Positions 17,164 through 28,480 are shown, counted from the stretch's first letter. The stretch: DNA of 64,000 bases from an uncultured virus (IMG/VR IMGVR_UViG_3300030514_000006) (IMGVR_UViG_3300030514_000006); one strand, 5' to 3'. The notes: generated from the letters alone by a model not told the origin. Made by a program: numbers and translations.

Positions 17164-17586
17164 ATGTCTGAAAATTTAGAACAGGAAGTCGTTGGTATGG
17201 AAGTAGAGGAATCGGCAGAAGCTAGAGAAACTAGAAAAAGACTTGAAGAAAAGAAAGTAATTGACCGGGTTATTCGTGGAGTTAATGATACGTTTGAAAA
17301 GGATTATAACATCCCGGAGCTGGGAATTAAAATGAAAATTAAAGCTAAGGCACCTAATGCTATGCAGATCGGTAAAATTCAAGCTCGTCTAAGTATGTAC
17401 TTAGGAGGGATGAATAACTATGCACCGGAATACATTTTAATTGCTTACCAGATGCTAGCAACGTTACGTGAGACAGGAATTGACGTACCTAAGGAACTAG
17501 AAAAGGATGAAGATATTTTTAACTTAGACATCCTGTATCATATTGGGGTTGATTTCAAGCGTTGGCTTGATACCTTTCGACTTTGA
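17164..17586 (+). CDS. Tail assembly chaperone (gpG-like)
   Basis: AGGAGG RBS, ATG at 17164; two genes before the tape measure gene. Confidence 0.75.
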   Translation: MSENLEQEVVGMEVEESAEARETRKRLEEKKVIDRVIRGVNDTFEKDYNIPELGIKMKIKAKAPNAMQIGKIQARLSMYLGGMNNYAPEYILIAYQMLATLRETGIDVPKELEKDEDIFNLDILYHIGVDFKRWLDTFRL

Positions 17587-18235
17587 GTTAAAGAAAGTCG
17601 GAGGACTAAAAGCGCTAGCTAGAACACCGTATATGCGGAACCTGTGGGGTGTTATGAAGACATTCAATACAATGCCTACTAACCCTGACTTCCGAGCACT
17701 TACAGACGACCAGATAGACTTAATGATTCTATCGTTAAACGAAGATCATCGTGAGATGGAACTTGCTAGAAAAGGTCTTACAGTGGACTCTGAGCACTAT
17801 GATAGCACGTTCGAAGACGAAGTATGGAACCGTGAAGTTGGTGACTGGGAAGTTCTTAAAGATGGTCATGACCCGGATGATATCGCACGTCAAGTGGAAG
17901 CTCTTACTCGTGCTGAAGATTTGGACAACTTAGCTATGAAATTTGATAGCCTAGAAGAGTATAATGACTACCTAGCTGCAGGAGGTAAGACAACTCGTGA
18001 GACAGAGGTAGAACAGTATATTAATAAACAAATCGCTGAAGCAGAAGAGAAAGCTAGACGTATAGAGGCAGCTAGAGGCAAAAAGCAAGGTAAACTTGTA
18101 GATGACCGTGACGTAGCAGAGCCTATTAGAACGACTAGTGACCACTTACCGGATATTGACAAGGCAGCAATTGACAAAGCTATTGCCGCGTTTAATGCAG
18201 CTGATGATGAAGACGATGACTTTAGTGTGTTATAA
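17543..18235 (+). CDS. Tail assembly chaperone extension (gpT-like), probably made by +1 frameshift
   Basis: Overlaps the upstream ORF in the +1 frame, has no well-placed RBS/start pair, and the junction reads ACC TTT CGA CTT TGA. Confidence 0.7.
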   Translation: MGLISSVGLIPFDFELKKVGGLKALARTPYMRNLWGVMKTFNTMPTNPDFRALTDDQIDLMILSLNEDHREMELARKGLTVDSEHYDSTFEDEVWNREVGDWEVLKDGHDPDDIARQVEALTRAEDLDNLAMKFDSLEEYNDYLAAGGKTTRETEVEQYINKQIAEAEEKARRIEAARGKKQGKLVDDRDVAEPIRTTSDHLPDIDKAAIDKAIAAFNAADDEDDDFSVL

Positions 18236-18294
18236 AAGGGTAAGGGCTAACACCCTTACCTTATTTTATATTAATGAAGGGAGAGTGATTTAGA

Positions 18295-21200
18295 ATGGCT
18301 AACAACGAACGTTATATTTTTGATGTCGATGCTGAAACCGGAAAAGCCGTCCAGAAGCTACAGCAGATAGCACAGTTAATGGACAAGATTGATGGCATTC
18401 ATGGAAAAGCTAAGGACAACTATTCTGTAACCAATCAGAAAGACATGGATAAGAACATGAGAGCTATGACTCAGCTGACTAAACTTTATAAAGAGGTTGA
18501 CCGAGACTTAGCTAATATTCAGCGTAAAATGCGGGATATGAACGACAGTACTATTATCCCTGAGGGAGCTACAGAAGAACAGCGTAAAGGAATTGAAGAA
18601 GTTAAACAAGCAATGGCAGATCAAGCTCGTTCTGCTATTAAACAGCAGAAAGCTATCCGGGAAGAATACACAAAAACATTAAAGCAGTTCCGTGATTTTT
18701 CCAACTTCCGTCAAAACTATTCTAAAGGCTTTGAAAGTCCCTTCAACTCTAAAGACAGGTTTAATCTTCCTGCAGGTGCTGAACAGGCAAAGAGCTTACT
18801 TAAAAACCTTGTAGATGAGTCGGACGCAGTTAGTAAAAAATTAAATGAAGTAAAAGATAAAATTCAAGAAGTAAATAAGTTAGATAGACGTTCTGAAAGT
18901 TTATCTCGTAGAGCAGAAGCTTCAAAGTATATGTCTTTCCAGCAGGCTAAAAGTTTCTCTAAAGACTACAGAACAGCTTCTCAAGGTTACACAACGGAAA
19001 AAGAGACAAACTTAGAGCAGCTACAGAAGCTAGGGCAAGAGCGTGGTGACCTTACAAGAAAGGTACGAGATATTCAAGGTAACCCTTCAGCTACTCCAGC
19101 AGATGTAGACCGTAAGATCGCATATCAAGAGTCGATTAGAGCCATTGATGCTGAGATGGAACAACGTATGGAACTTAACCGTGTGCTTAACCGCACAATC
19201 TCTAACATGGAGGCTTACAATAGAAAGCTTACAGAAGAGAATAAAATTCAGGTTAAGCCCGAACGTGGAACATTCCGTGGAATGATGTACGAACGTGCGC
19301 CTGCAATCGGTTTAGCTTTTGGTGGAGCCGCTGCAGCTACAGTAGGTTCTCTATACAATCGTGGAGCTTCTATCAACCAATCAATGCGCGATGACATTAT
19401 TTCAATGGGGCAGCACTCTGGAACTGAAGGAGCCAACTGGCGTACTAGTATCCGGGACAATGCACTAGAGATGGGTTTATCTGATCGATTAGGTTTCACT
19501 GGTCAAGATATGCTCAACTTCCAACAAGGGTATATGTCTAATAACGGATATGAAGGTATGGACGATCTTAACTCTGCGGCTAAGAACCAAGCAGTATTCA
19601 GTCGTTCAGTCGGTGTAGACGCAGCCACAACATCTGATTTCTTTAACTCTACTTTCCAAACGGGTGCTGTAAACGGTTCCCAAGTACGAGACATCCGAGA
19701 TGCATTCGTAGGGGCTATTAAACAGTCTGGTATGGAAGGTCGAGAAAAAGAACAGTTAAAGACTTTACAGGGACTACTAGGTAGTGTATCTCGCGGTAGA
19801 TCGATGACCAATGACGAAGTAATGAACGTTATGGGTATGCAGTCTGTACTCGCTCAGTCTGGTGAACGTTCTCTACAAGGAGAACAAGGTGGAGCCTTAA
19901 TGCAAGGACTAAACGAGGGAATCCGCCAAGGCTTCGAAGACCCTATGGTTCGTCTTGTTTTTGGACAAGGAACAAAGTACCAAGGTATCGAAGGTCGTCA
20001 CGAACTACGTGCTCAGATGGACAAAGGTATTGCTGACCCGGAAAACCTACAAACCATTTCAAAGTATGCAATGAGTAAATCTAACTCTGAAGCAGGACAA
20101 AATGAGTACTTCGCTAGTTTTGTTCAATCAAAGTTAGGAGTAGACATTACAGCAGAACAATCGGACGCATTAATGAAGCTAGCTCGTAACGGAGATTTTA
20201 GCCAAAAGAGTATCGATAAAGTTCTTGGTGAAGACAAGAAAAAAGGTGGAGAAGAGGGAGATAAGAAATTAAAAGAATACCAGAACTCCCATGAATCCAT
20301 CGATAACCAAAGTGAAGCTACTACAGATAAGCAAGCCACTCAGATTTATGACTTTGGTGAAGCTATTCGTAAAGCCAATAGTTCTCTAGGAGGAATCCCT
20401 CCAGCAGCCTACGCAGCCGTAGTTGCACTTGGTGCCCTAGCTGTAGCTGCAGCAGGTGCCGCAGCGTCCTTCGGTATGTCCGCGCTATTCCGTAAGGGTA
20501 TGGCAAAGTCCTTCGGGAGCAAAGGAAAAGGCGGTAAAGGCGGAGGTGGAGGCGGTGGCTGGTTTGGTAGAAACAAGAACAAGCCAGACGGAACTAAACC
20601 ACCTACAGGAGAAAAACAAGGATTCTTCAGCCGTACTAAAGATACAGTAGGAGGATGGTTTGGCGGAAATAAAGATAAGCCAGACGTACCTAAACCGAAG
20701 TCTTCTAGCCCATCTGAGCCTAAAGGTAATTGGTTTAATAAAGCTTCCGAAAAAGCTAAAGGATGGGGAGCTGCTGGATGGGAAAAATCTAAAGGAGTTT
20801 TCGGTTCCGTCAAAGATAAATTTAAAGGTGGAGGCGGTGGTACCTCAGGTATTGTTGAATCCGCAGGAGGATGGAAAGGTGCCCTCGGTAAAGCTGGAGG
20901 TGTCCTTGGTAAGGTTGCCCTTCCTCTATCAATCTTATCTGGTGTCGGTTCTATCCTAGCCGCAGACCCTGATAAGAAAGGTGAAGCTACTGGTGCCGCT
21001 GCAGGAGGTATTGTCGGTGGTATGGGTGGTGGATTCTTAGCAGGTGCTACTCTAGGTTCTGTTGTTCCCGGTATAGGTACAGCTATCGGAGGTATTGGTG
21101 GCTCTATCGTTGGTGGTATTGCGGGTAGTGGTATCGGAGGCTGGATTGGTAGTAAATTCGATGGTGGAGAGAAACAACTTAAAACACCAGAAGAAGTTGC

Positions 21201-22122
21201 TGCAGCTAAAGAAACTCTACACAAGGCATTTACCATTGGTGAAGACAAGCAAGGAAAAGAAGGAGGCAAGGAAGTTAAGAACCAAATTGATAGAGAGAAC
21301 ACAAATACTCGTCATCGTGCGGAAAACAAACGAGGAGATAACATCTCCCAAGAACGGGAACTACTTAAGTACTACGAGAACCTGCTTAACCGCGCTCAGC
21401 AGCTACTAGATCAATCCCGTATGCAAAATGGAATCTTTGGTAGTCAGACGACTGGTGGAGGCACTATGGATGGCGGTGGAGGTGGAGCTGCTACACCTGT
21501 AACAGGAAACTCTAACTCTGAAAAGGCGTGGAACTTCTTCGCAGGTAAGGGAATGAGCGCTGGAGCTATCGCAGGTATCATGGGTAACCTACAGCAAGAG
21601 TCTCAGATAGACCCTACTGCATCTAACGGAGGACTTGCTCAGTGGTTAGGACCTCGTAGAAAAGACCTTAACAACTACGCTAAACAAACTGGTGGAGATG
21701 TTAACTCGATGGAAACTCAGCTTAACTTCCTATGGAAAGAGCTAGAATCAGGTCAGTACGGTAGCATTGATGAGTTAAACAAGCTTAATCCTACAGAGGC
21801 TGCTAAGTACTTCGAGAAACACTATGAGAAGGCTGGTAAGCCTATGATGGAAAAACGTATAGGCTATGCTAATCAGTGGTATAACCAATATGGCTCTAAC
21901 GGAACTCCACAGATGAAGACTAACGCAGGTACATCTAGCTCATCAAATACGAATACAAACAATGTTAAGGTTAACTCTAACATTAATGTCAAAGTAACTG
22001 GTGACGAGAGTGTATCCAAGAAGGTCAAAGACAGTAAGGAGCTTAATGGTATTGCGGAAGCATTCCATAACAAGATTTACGGTGCGATGCAATATTTCTC
22101 AAAAGACACTCAGAGAGCCTAA
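18295..22122 (+). CDS. Tape measure protein with a C-terminal phage tail lysozyme domain
   Basis: 1275 aa; coiled-coil N-half, Gly-rich hydrophobic segments, and AIAGIMGNLQQES..GLAQWLGPRR..TQLNFLWKEL..FEKHYEK. Confidence 0.9.
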   Translation: MANNERYIFDVDAETGKAVQKLQQIAQLMDKIDGIHGKAKDNYSVTNQKDMDKNMRAMTQLTKLYKEVDRDLANIQRKMRDMNDSTIIPEGATEEQRKGIEEVKQAMADQARSAIKQQKAIREEYTKTLKQFRDFSNFRQNYSKGFESPFNSKDRFNLPAGAEQAKSLLKNLVDESDAVSKKLNEVKDKIQEVNKLDRRSESLSRRAEASKYMSFQQAKSFSKDYRTASQGYTTEKETNLEQLQKLGQERGDLTRKVRDIQGNPSATPADVDRKIAYQESIRAIDAEMEQRMELNRVLNRTISNMEAYNRKLTEENKIQVKPERGTFRGMMYERAPAIGLAFGGAAAATVGSLYNRGASINQSMRDDIISMGQHSGTEGANWRTSIRDNALEMGLSDRLGFTGQDMLNFQQGYMSNNGYEGMDDLNSAAKNQAVFSRSVGVDAATTSDFFNSTFQTGAVNGSQVRDIRDAFVGAIKQSGMEGREKEQLKTLQGLLGSVSRGRSMTNDEVMNVMGMQSVLAQSGERSLQGEQGGALMQGLNEGIRQGFEDPMVRLVFGQGTKYQGIEGRHELRAQMDKGIADPENLQTISKYAMSKSNSEAGQNEYFASFVQSKLGVDITAEQSDALMKLARNGDFSQKSIDKVLGEDKKKGGEEGDKKLKEYQNSHESIDNQSEATTDKQATQIYDFGEAIRKANSSLGGIPPAAYAAVVALGALAVAAAGAAASFGMSALFRKGMAKSFGSKGKGGKGGGGGGGWFGRNKNKPDGTKPPTGEKQGFFSRTKDTVGGWFGGNKDKPDVPKPKSSSPSEPKGNWFNKASEKAKGWGAAGWEKSKGVFGSVKDKFKGGGGGTSGIVESAGGWKGALGKAGGVLGKVALPLSILSGVGSILAADPDKKGEATGAAAGGIVGGMGGGFLAGATLGSVVPGIGTAIGGIGGSIVGGIAGSGIGGWIGSKFDGGEKQLKTPEEVAAAKETLHKAFTIGEDKQGKEGGKEVKNQIDRENTNTRHRAENKRGDNISQERELLKYYENLLNRAQQLLDQSRMQNGIFGSQTTGGGTMDGGGGGAATPVTGNSNSEKAWNFFAGKGMSAGAIAGIMGNLQQESQIDPTASNGGLAQWLGPRRKDLNNYAKQTGGDVNSMETQLNFLWKELESGQYGSIDELNKLNPTEAAKYFEKHYEKAGKPMMEKRIGYANQWYNQYGSNGTPQMKTNAGTSSSSNTNTNNVKVNSNINVKVTGDESVSKKVKDSKELNGIAEAFHNKIYGAMQYFSKDTQRA

Positions 22123-22174
22123 AAGCTCTCTTTTTGTCTATGTGCTATAATAGTATATGAAGGGGGTTTTATCC

Positions 22175-24463
22175 TTGACGACAATTATTAAACGCCATCC
22201 AACCTTTGAAATAGAACTCATTACAGAAGATACTTCTTATCTTATAAAATATGATACAGCCAAACAACTAAAACAAGCAGACCTAGAGGAGGCACTTATT
22301 TCATTCAGTGTAAAAAATTCAATGATGGATGACAGCCCTGTATTCTCTCTAGTTATCCTAGCTAAAGAAGAGTGGGACAAAGTTATAGACTCCAACGATC
22401 TTATTCGTATTAAAGTTATCCCGGATACAAATAAGGGAGAACCGGATAACCCGTATATCATGGTAGGACTAGTTTCTGATATACATAGGGATGGAGAGTA
22501 TTCAGACGGTACCTTGTTTTTCCGTATCACAGGTCGAGCTATGACAAAAGCTCTTATTGATTTTGAAGTAGGGGTTATTCAAGAAGTAGCTACCCTTATC
22601 CCGGATATAGGCTGGTTACCTGACGATGCTGAAAAAGGATTAAAGTTTTCAGGCAATACTGCAGCAGGGATTGCAGAAGAACTAATGGAGCGTTTTGTAT
22701 ATAAATACGCAGAGTATTCATTTGCAGGTGGGAAGAAGCTAGAGGACTTTTTAACCCATAGCTTTAGTAGTTGGAAAGAGGACGAGGCTTTATCTGACGT
22801 AACTCCTTTCATCAATTATGAGGGCAGTATTCGTCAGTTCCTAGAAGATGTTGCAGCTAAACCATTCAACGAGTTATTTTTCGAATATACAAATGATGGG
22901 ACTTGTACAGCCCTAATGAGACCCACACCATTTGACCAAGATAAGTGGAAGTATTTAAACACGTATACGTTCACTTCAGACGTAGTTATTGAGGAGTCTA
23001 CAGGTAAGTCAGATGCAGAAATGTACTCTGTATACGTAGTACAGGCTCCAGACGTACAGGAGCTCACGAGCATGGATTTAGGTGTATTTCCTAAGTATCA
23101 CCCTGACCTAGTTAAAAAGTACGGATACAAGCGTTTAGACGCTCAGAACCGCTACTTACTATCTCCGGGTATTGGAGGTACAGCAAACGGAGATACAGTC
23201 AATGCAGATGGTACAGCTACAGATGCTGCTGGTGGTAACGGTACAGATACAGGAACAGGTGAAAACCAAGACCAGAATCAGAACCAAGGAATTACTACGC
23301 AAACAGTACAGCCTGAGCCTACAACACCAACAACACCTGAAGTTCCGCAACCTACATTCGAAGAGCTTCTTCCAGTCATTACACAAAACAATTATACAGA
23401 CCCAGAGAACCTTCGTAAAAATGGGGATAAAATTGCTTCTGAATTAGTCGCAAAATTCCCAAATTTACAACAGACTACTGCAGCAGCTATTGTGGATGCA
23501 TTGAAGGACGGTAAATTTGACCGGGAGAAATACGCTGATCTTCTTAGGACTACAGGTAATGCAAAAGTAGATAAGAAACTACAGAAGGAGAAAGATGCTT
23601 CTGCTGATAAGTTAGAGAAATATACAGACAAGCTATTTAATTGGTACTGTGAAAATGCCAACTTCTATTCTGGAGATATTCGTATCTTAGGAGACCCAGC
23701 TTACCGTTTAGGTTGCCGTGTTATGTATGAGGACTATGAGCGTAAGGATACATGGGAATACTACCTTGAATCCGTTCAGCACGAGTTCAGCTTTACCAAT
23801 GGGTACACAACAGTACTAGGGGTTACTCGTGGTCTTCCTGAAAAAGGGGCTAGACGATTTAACAATCTGTGGGGTAAGGCAGAGGAGTTTAAAGGCGGAT
23901 TACTTGGAGAGGACTCTCTAGAGGATTTACTTTCTCAAGCGCAAGCAGCTCAGGCTACCTCAGGAAATACAGGCGGAGGAACAGCTTCAGGTAACTGGGG
24001 TAACATGCAGGGTAGTGGGGGAGCTATGGGAGCTCTATCTACGGCTATGCAGATGACCCAGCGTAAATCCGTTTATATCTTCGGAGGAGGAAGAAGTGGA
24101 ACAAACATTTTCCTTAGTGACCCAATTAAAGGAGACTGTTCATCTTTCGTATGGTGGTGCTATCAGTTAAACGGTGTAACGCTAAAAGGCGGCTCTACAG
24201 GCATGAATACTGATACAATAAAGATAGACCCTCAATTAAAAGTAATCAGTCAAAGAGGTAGTTCTAAGACAGCTGCTCAGGGACTGATGCAGGTCGGAGA
24301 TATTGTTTACTTCGACACATACAAGTCAGACGGTCATATTGGTATCTATTCAGGAAACGGTAAGTTTATAGGATTCCAGAAAAGTACAGGTATCGCAGAG
24401 GCTAATATGGCAAGCGGATACTTCTGGGATAAATTTAATGGACATGTACTAAGATTACAGTAA
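22175..24463 (+). CDS. Tail-associated lysin / baseplate hub with an NlpC/P60 peptidase domain
   Basis: C-terminal GDCSSFVWWCY...GDIVYF..GHIGIYSGNG. Probable start is the TTG at 22175 after GAAGGGGG (alternative ATG at 22157). Confidence 0.82.
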   Translation: MTTIIKRHPTFEIELITEDTSYLIKYDTAKQLKQADLEEALISFSVKNSMMDDSPVFSLVILAKEEWDKVIDSNDLIRIKVIPDTNKGEPDNPYIMVGLVSDIHRDGEYSDGTLFFRITGRAMTKALIDFEVGVIQEVATLIPDIGWLPDDAEKGLKFSGNTAAGIAEELMERFVYKYAEYSFAGGKKLEDFLTHSFSSWKEDEALSDVTPFINYEGSIRQFLEDVAAKPFNELFFEYTNDGTCTALMRPTPFDQDKWKYLNTYTFTSDVVIEESTGKSDAEMYSVYVVQAPDVQELTSMDLGVFPKYHPDLVKKYGYKRLDAQNRYLLSPGIGGTANGDTVNADGTATDAAGGNGTDTGTGENQDQNQNQGITTQTVQPEPTTPTTPEVPQPTFEELLPVITQNNYTDPENLRKNGDKIASELVAKFPNLQQTTAAAIVDALKDGKFDREKYADLLRTTGNAKVDKKLQKEKDASADKLEKYTDKLFNWYCENANFYSGDIRILGDPAYRLGCRVMYEDYERKDTWEYYLESVQHEFSFTNGYTTVLGVTRGLPEKGARRFNNLWGKAEEFKGGLLGEDSLEDLLSQAQAAQATSGNTGGGTASGNWGNMQGSGGAMGALSTAMQMTQRKSVYIFGGGRSGTNIFLSDPIKGDCSSFVWWCYQLNGVTLKGGSTGMNTDTIKIDPQLKVISQRGSSKTAAQGLMQVGDIVYFDTYKSDGHIGIYSGNGKFIGFQKSTGIAEANMASGYFWDKFNGHVLRLQ

Positions 24464-24469
24464 AGGTAG

Positions 24470-27400
24470 GTGGGCAAATTGGAAAGAGGACAATTCGATC
24501 AGTTTATTACTCCGCTCTCTTCAATGCGATTACAGGCTCAGTTAGGTAAGGAAGTTGTAAGAAGAAATAAAGAGGGACGAAATATAGTAAAGCTGTCAAT
24601 GGCTCGTGTAATTAAAGTAAACTATAAATACAACACAGTGGACGTTGTCACAACTTTATACAAAAATTCCACAGCTAAAGACCCAGCAAGTAACGGAAAG
24701 TTCTCTGCTCGTTTGCCTGTCTCTTTTGGTGGTACAACTCCTGAAGGGAAACCCTATGGAACTAATACATTAGTGACTGTAGGCTCCCTTGTATTGATTG
24801 GATTTTTAGAAGGTAATAAAGAGCACCCTATTGTACTGAACATTTACGGTGAGGCTGATAACCAATCTAAGTTGACACGTACAACATTCTCTAGTGCAGA
24901 TGAATCTGATGAAGAGTTACAGAGAGAGCTTTGGCAACTGTTTACTCTTTATCCATCGATGACATTTAAAAATATAGATGGTAACGGTAACCAAGAGGTA
25001 ACGTTCTCAGGTAAATCATTTATGTTCATTACGGATACAGACCCGGACAATGACTATGTAAATGATTCAGAGTTTGACTACGATCTCCTACCTAGTGCGC
25101 GTTATGCAGACGGAACGCTAATTGAACCTAAGTCTCCAGACTCCCCTACAGTACTTTATGTACACCAAGGGATTTACAGTAAGCACCGTGTAACATTCTT
25201 CATTAAATCGGATGGTACGGTTCGTTTAGGGAGCCGACATACAAATGGAGAAGGTATCACATTTATGGAAATGGGTACAGATGGTTCATTCAATGTATTC
25301 CGAAAAGAAGGTACAACAAACCCTGAAGCAGAATCGGAGAAGTTCTCTAAGTTCGGTATTGAGTCTGATGGGACTGTAGCGTTAGAGTCTCCAAACAATC
25401 GGTTAGAAGTAAATCAAGAAGGTATCTATGTAAATGGAAAGTCTCTTGCTTCCTTTGTTATCGGAGGTAGTGGAGATGGTGATGGGGACGGAGACGGAGG
25501 AACAATTTCCTTTGAGGAGCTAATTGAGAATCTTGAAGTAGTTAAAGAGATTAAAACAGAGCTATCTGTAGTAAGTGGGCAGGTTAAGTCTAAAGTAGAG
25601 TCAGCTACATATAGTAAAGACTTTGCCGATGTAAACCAAAAGGTAGCGCAAGTAGAGCAAGGTGTGGCAAATACTAATGATCGTATTGACGGTATCGCTA
25701 CAAAAGTAACGTACTCAGCTAAGATCGTAAGTACAAACGGGACTACCTTTAAGAACGGTGAAATTGATACCACGTTATTCTGTCGTGTGTCTGAAGGCAG
25801 TAATGACATTACAGACCAAGTAGACGTAGCAGCATTCAAATGGACTCGTGTATCAGATGATGCAGCAGCAGACGCAGCTTGGAATGCAGCTCACGCAACA
25901 CCAGCTAAATCTATTCACATTACTTCAGCAGACTTTGTCGGTAGAGCTTCATTTGACTGTGATGTAGTTTACGATACTGTAGATGTAACCGGGCAAGTAT
26001 CTCTAGTAGACCTTTCAGATAACACAGACCTAGATGACCCTACTAAACTAACTCGCTATGAACGTAGCTTAGTTCGTGCAGATATTGCTGAGATCGTGGG
26101 TAGATTCCTAGACAACACGGAGTCTATGCCAACAATTACAGATATCGATGCTAGCGGAATCGGTCAAGTGTACGCAATTCGTAAATCTGCTAGAGACGTA
26201 GGGATGGCTACTACAGGAGCTATTTACACTAATTTTGAGAACTCATACAACTCTCTTAAGACTTACTTGTCTGCTATGAACCCTAAAGCGTGGGATATTG
26301 TTTCTACAGCAGTGAACACGATTGACCCTGTTGTATGGGGGAACAACTGGAATGAGTACAAGCTCCGTTACACGTTAATGAATGCAGAAATCCAAAAGAG
26401 ACAAGTAGAGTATGCAGACGCGGTAGGAGAGGGCTCTGTAACAAAAGCCATTCAAGCAGTAAGTAACTCAGATCAGTACGAAAAGGAACCAATCACTAAC
26501 CCTATGGAAGTTGTTTCTCCTATTGCTAGTGTAGGTCTCCCAGAGTTCCAAGGTAGACACACGACTTTTCCTATGTGGTCTCCTGCTCCTGAGTCTGCTT
26601 TTCTGGGTAACCGTATTCGTCCTGTCACAAGCCCTAGCTTCTCTTCTGGGGGCGTATTGACTCTATACACAAGCTTTTACGGTGACGGAACATCTAACGA
26701 TGAGTTTAAGTGGGACACGCTAGGTCGAGCTATTAAGACGAAGAGATGGGAAGATGATTTACTAGATGGGAGCCTAAGCTGGACATTCGACTCTGACAAA
26801 ACAGGATTTAAAATTGTTAAGGTTCCTGCCTATGTAACTTCCGTAGTAGACTATGCAGTCCAAGCAGCCGGAATGACTGGAACTGACCTATCTACAATTG
26901 GAGCTATTTCTGCAACTAACCAGATTCGATTACAGTCTGATGACCGTACATTGTACATTTCAGTCAGTGACTCGGAGACAGGATGGGGAGAAACATATAC
27001 ACCTTCTGACGATGAAATTAAAGCATTCTTTAACGGCTGGAAGATGTGTAACGGAACCTTTGGAACTCCGTACAATGGGACAGGGAATAAAGTCTGGCAC
27101 CCTATTGGAGACACAAACCTTAACCGTTCTACGATTGCTTCAGATGGAACATTTAACCCGGTACCTACAACAGTGTCTGCTGCCTATGCAGAACAAACAA
27201 TCAACTACTACCAAGTAGTTTACAGATTAGCAGACGCAGTGCAGGAGATTGTTACATTCGATGGTATCCTCCCGTTAATTGCAGGTAGCAATACGATCAC
27301 GTTGACTTACCCTGTTAATACACCAGAGATACTTGTAGGGGATGTACGATATGCTATAAACCTAGCTACTGTAACGGATACGCTGAAGTACATTATCCCG

Positions 27401-28420
27401 GTATTGCAAACACGTCTGTCAAAGGCTGAAGAGGTTATTACAGAGGACTCCATTGTAAACACGGTAATGAACTCTGTTTCTTATCAGTATGCTATGAAGG
27501 ACAAAGCAGATGCCTCAGCGCTAGGTCAGTATGCAACAGGTTCTGATGTAGACGAAAAGATTAAGAACGGGCTGGATTCAATAGACTTTTCTCCTTATGT
27601 AACTCAGTCTCAGTTAAGCCAAACAGCAACAGATATCACGGCTAAGTTCTCCGCTACAGGCGGTATGAATATTATCAACAACAGTATCGGTTACGCAGGG
27701 CTAGACTTTTGGGAAAGCTACTCACCTACAGGTACTGTTGAAACACTGAGTAATAATGAATTAGATACACTAGGATTTGGTAGTGGGTTCCAGTTTAACC
27801 CGGATGGGAATGACAAAGGAGTTATGCAGCTTGTTAACGTAATCCCTAACCAACCCTACACACTATCTTGGTACCTGAACAAGCGTACTGGTGGAGCTAC
27901 AGCAGACTACCGATTCTACATTCAGATTCGAGATAAAGATAGAGCAATAATTCAGCAGATCGCAGACAACAGTGCAGACATCACGGTAGGGTATTTAGCT
28001 AACCACTTTACCTTTACTCCGACAGACGATGCTGTGTACGTATACTTCGTGGCATATGGGGCAGTAGATGCAACATTAACAGGAACTATGCTAACTATCG
28101 GAGACGTGCCTCTACAATGGTCATTAGCTACAGGGGAACTGTACAATACAAACATTCGAATGGACATTCGAGGTATCCGCGTTTCCCAGCTAGACGCGAA
28201 CCGTAAAGAGGTTGGGTATACCCAAATTAGTCCAGACGAGTTTGCAGGGTACCACGCAGATTCCAATGGAGTATTTAGAAAAGTGTTCTACCTTAACGGA
28301 GATGAAACTGTATCTACGAAAATCCGAGCTGAGGAAGAGATTACGATGGGTAGCATTAAAATTGTAAACGTTGATTCAGATAGCTGGGAAGGGTGGGCGT
28401 TCATCGCTAACCAAGAATAA
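24470..28420 (+). CDS. Large tail/baseplate central spike-fibre protein
   Basis: 1316 aa. OB-fold-like N-terminus (ARVIKVNY..VGSLVLIGFLEG), coiled-coil linkers and a carbohydrate-binding-like C-terminal region. Confidence 0.7.
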   Translation: MGKLERGQFDQFITPLSSMRLQAQLGKEVVRRNKEGRNIVKLSMARVIKVNYKYNTVDVVTTLYKNSTAKDPASNGKFSARLPVSFGGTTPEGKPYGTNTLVTVGSLVLIGFLEGNKEHPIVLNIYGEADNQSKLTRTTFSSADESDEELQRELWQLFTLYPSMTFKNIDGNGNQEVTFSGKSFMFITDTDPDNDYVNDSEFDYDLLPSARYADGTLIEPKSPDSPTVLYVHQGIYSKHRVTFFIKSDGTVRLGSRHTNGEGITFMEMGTDGSFNVFRKEGTTNPEAESEKFSKFGIESDGTVALESPNNRLEVNQEGIYVNGKSLASFVIGGSGDGDGDGDGGTISFEELIENLEVVKEIKTELSVVSGQVKSKVESATYSKDFADVNQKVAQVEQGVANTNDRIDGIATKVTYSAKIVSTNGTTFKNGEIDTTLFCRVSEGSNDITDQVDVAAFKWTRVSDDAAADAAWNAAHATPAKSIHITSADFVGRASFDCDVVYDTVDVTGQVSLVDLSDNTDLDDPTKLTRYERSLVRADIAEIVGRFLDNTESMPTITDIDASGIGQVYAIRKSARDVGMATTGAIYTNFENSYNSLKTYLSAMNPKAWDIVSTAVNTIDPVVWGNNWNEYKLRYTLMNAEIQKRQVEYADAVGEGSVTKAIQAVSNSDQYEKEPITNPMEVVSPIASVGLPEFQGRHTTFPMWSPAPESAFLGNRIRPVTSPSFSSGGVLTLYTSFYGDGTSNDEFKWDTLGRAIKTKRWEDDLLDGSLSWTFDSDKTGFKIVKVPAYVTSVVDYAVQAAGMTGTDLSTIGAISATNQIRLQSDDRTLYISVSDSETGWGETYTPSDDEIKAFFNGWKMCNGTFGTPYNGTGNKVWHPIGDTNLNRSTIASDGTFNPVPTTVSAAYAEQTINYYQVVYRLADAVQEIVTFDGILPLIAGSNTITLTYPVNTPEILVGDVRYAINLATVTDTLKYIIPVLQTRLSKAEEVITEDSIVNTVMNSVSYQYAMKDKADASALGQYATGSDVDEKIKNGLDSIDFSPYVTQSQLSQTATDITAKFSATGGMNIINNSIGYAGLDFWESYSPTGTVETLSNNELDTLGFGSGFQFNPDGNDKGVMQLVNVIPNQPYTLSWYLNKRTGGATADYRFYIQIRDKDRAIIQQIADNSADITVGYLANHFTFTPTDDAVYVYFVAYGAVDATLTGTMLTIGDVPLQWSLATGELYNTNIRMDIRGIRVSQLDANRKEVGYTQISPDEFAGYHADSNGVFRKVFYLNGDETVSTKIRAEEEITMGSIKIVNVDSDSWEGWAFIANQE

Positions 28421-28427
28421 GGTCTCT

Positions 28428-28480
28428 AGCACCTACTGTATGTATGGTATAATAAAAGTACATACAGTAGGTGCTTTTTC
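28428..28480 (+). terminator. 17-bp perfect hairpin terminator with an extended -10 element in its loop
   Basis: AGCACCTACTGTATGTA / TACATACAGTAGGTGCT followed by Ts; loop TGGTATAATAAAAG. Confidence 0.7.

Noticed and set aside
20409..21302. 297-aa Pro-rich minus-strand ORF
   Set aside because: Mirror of the Gly-rich codons in the tape measure gene; all supported genes are on the + strand.
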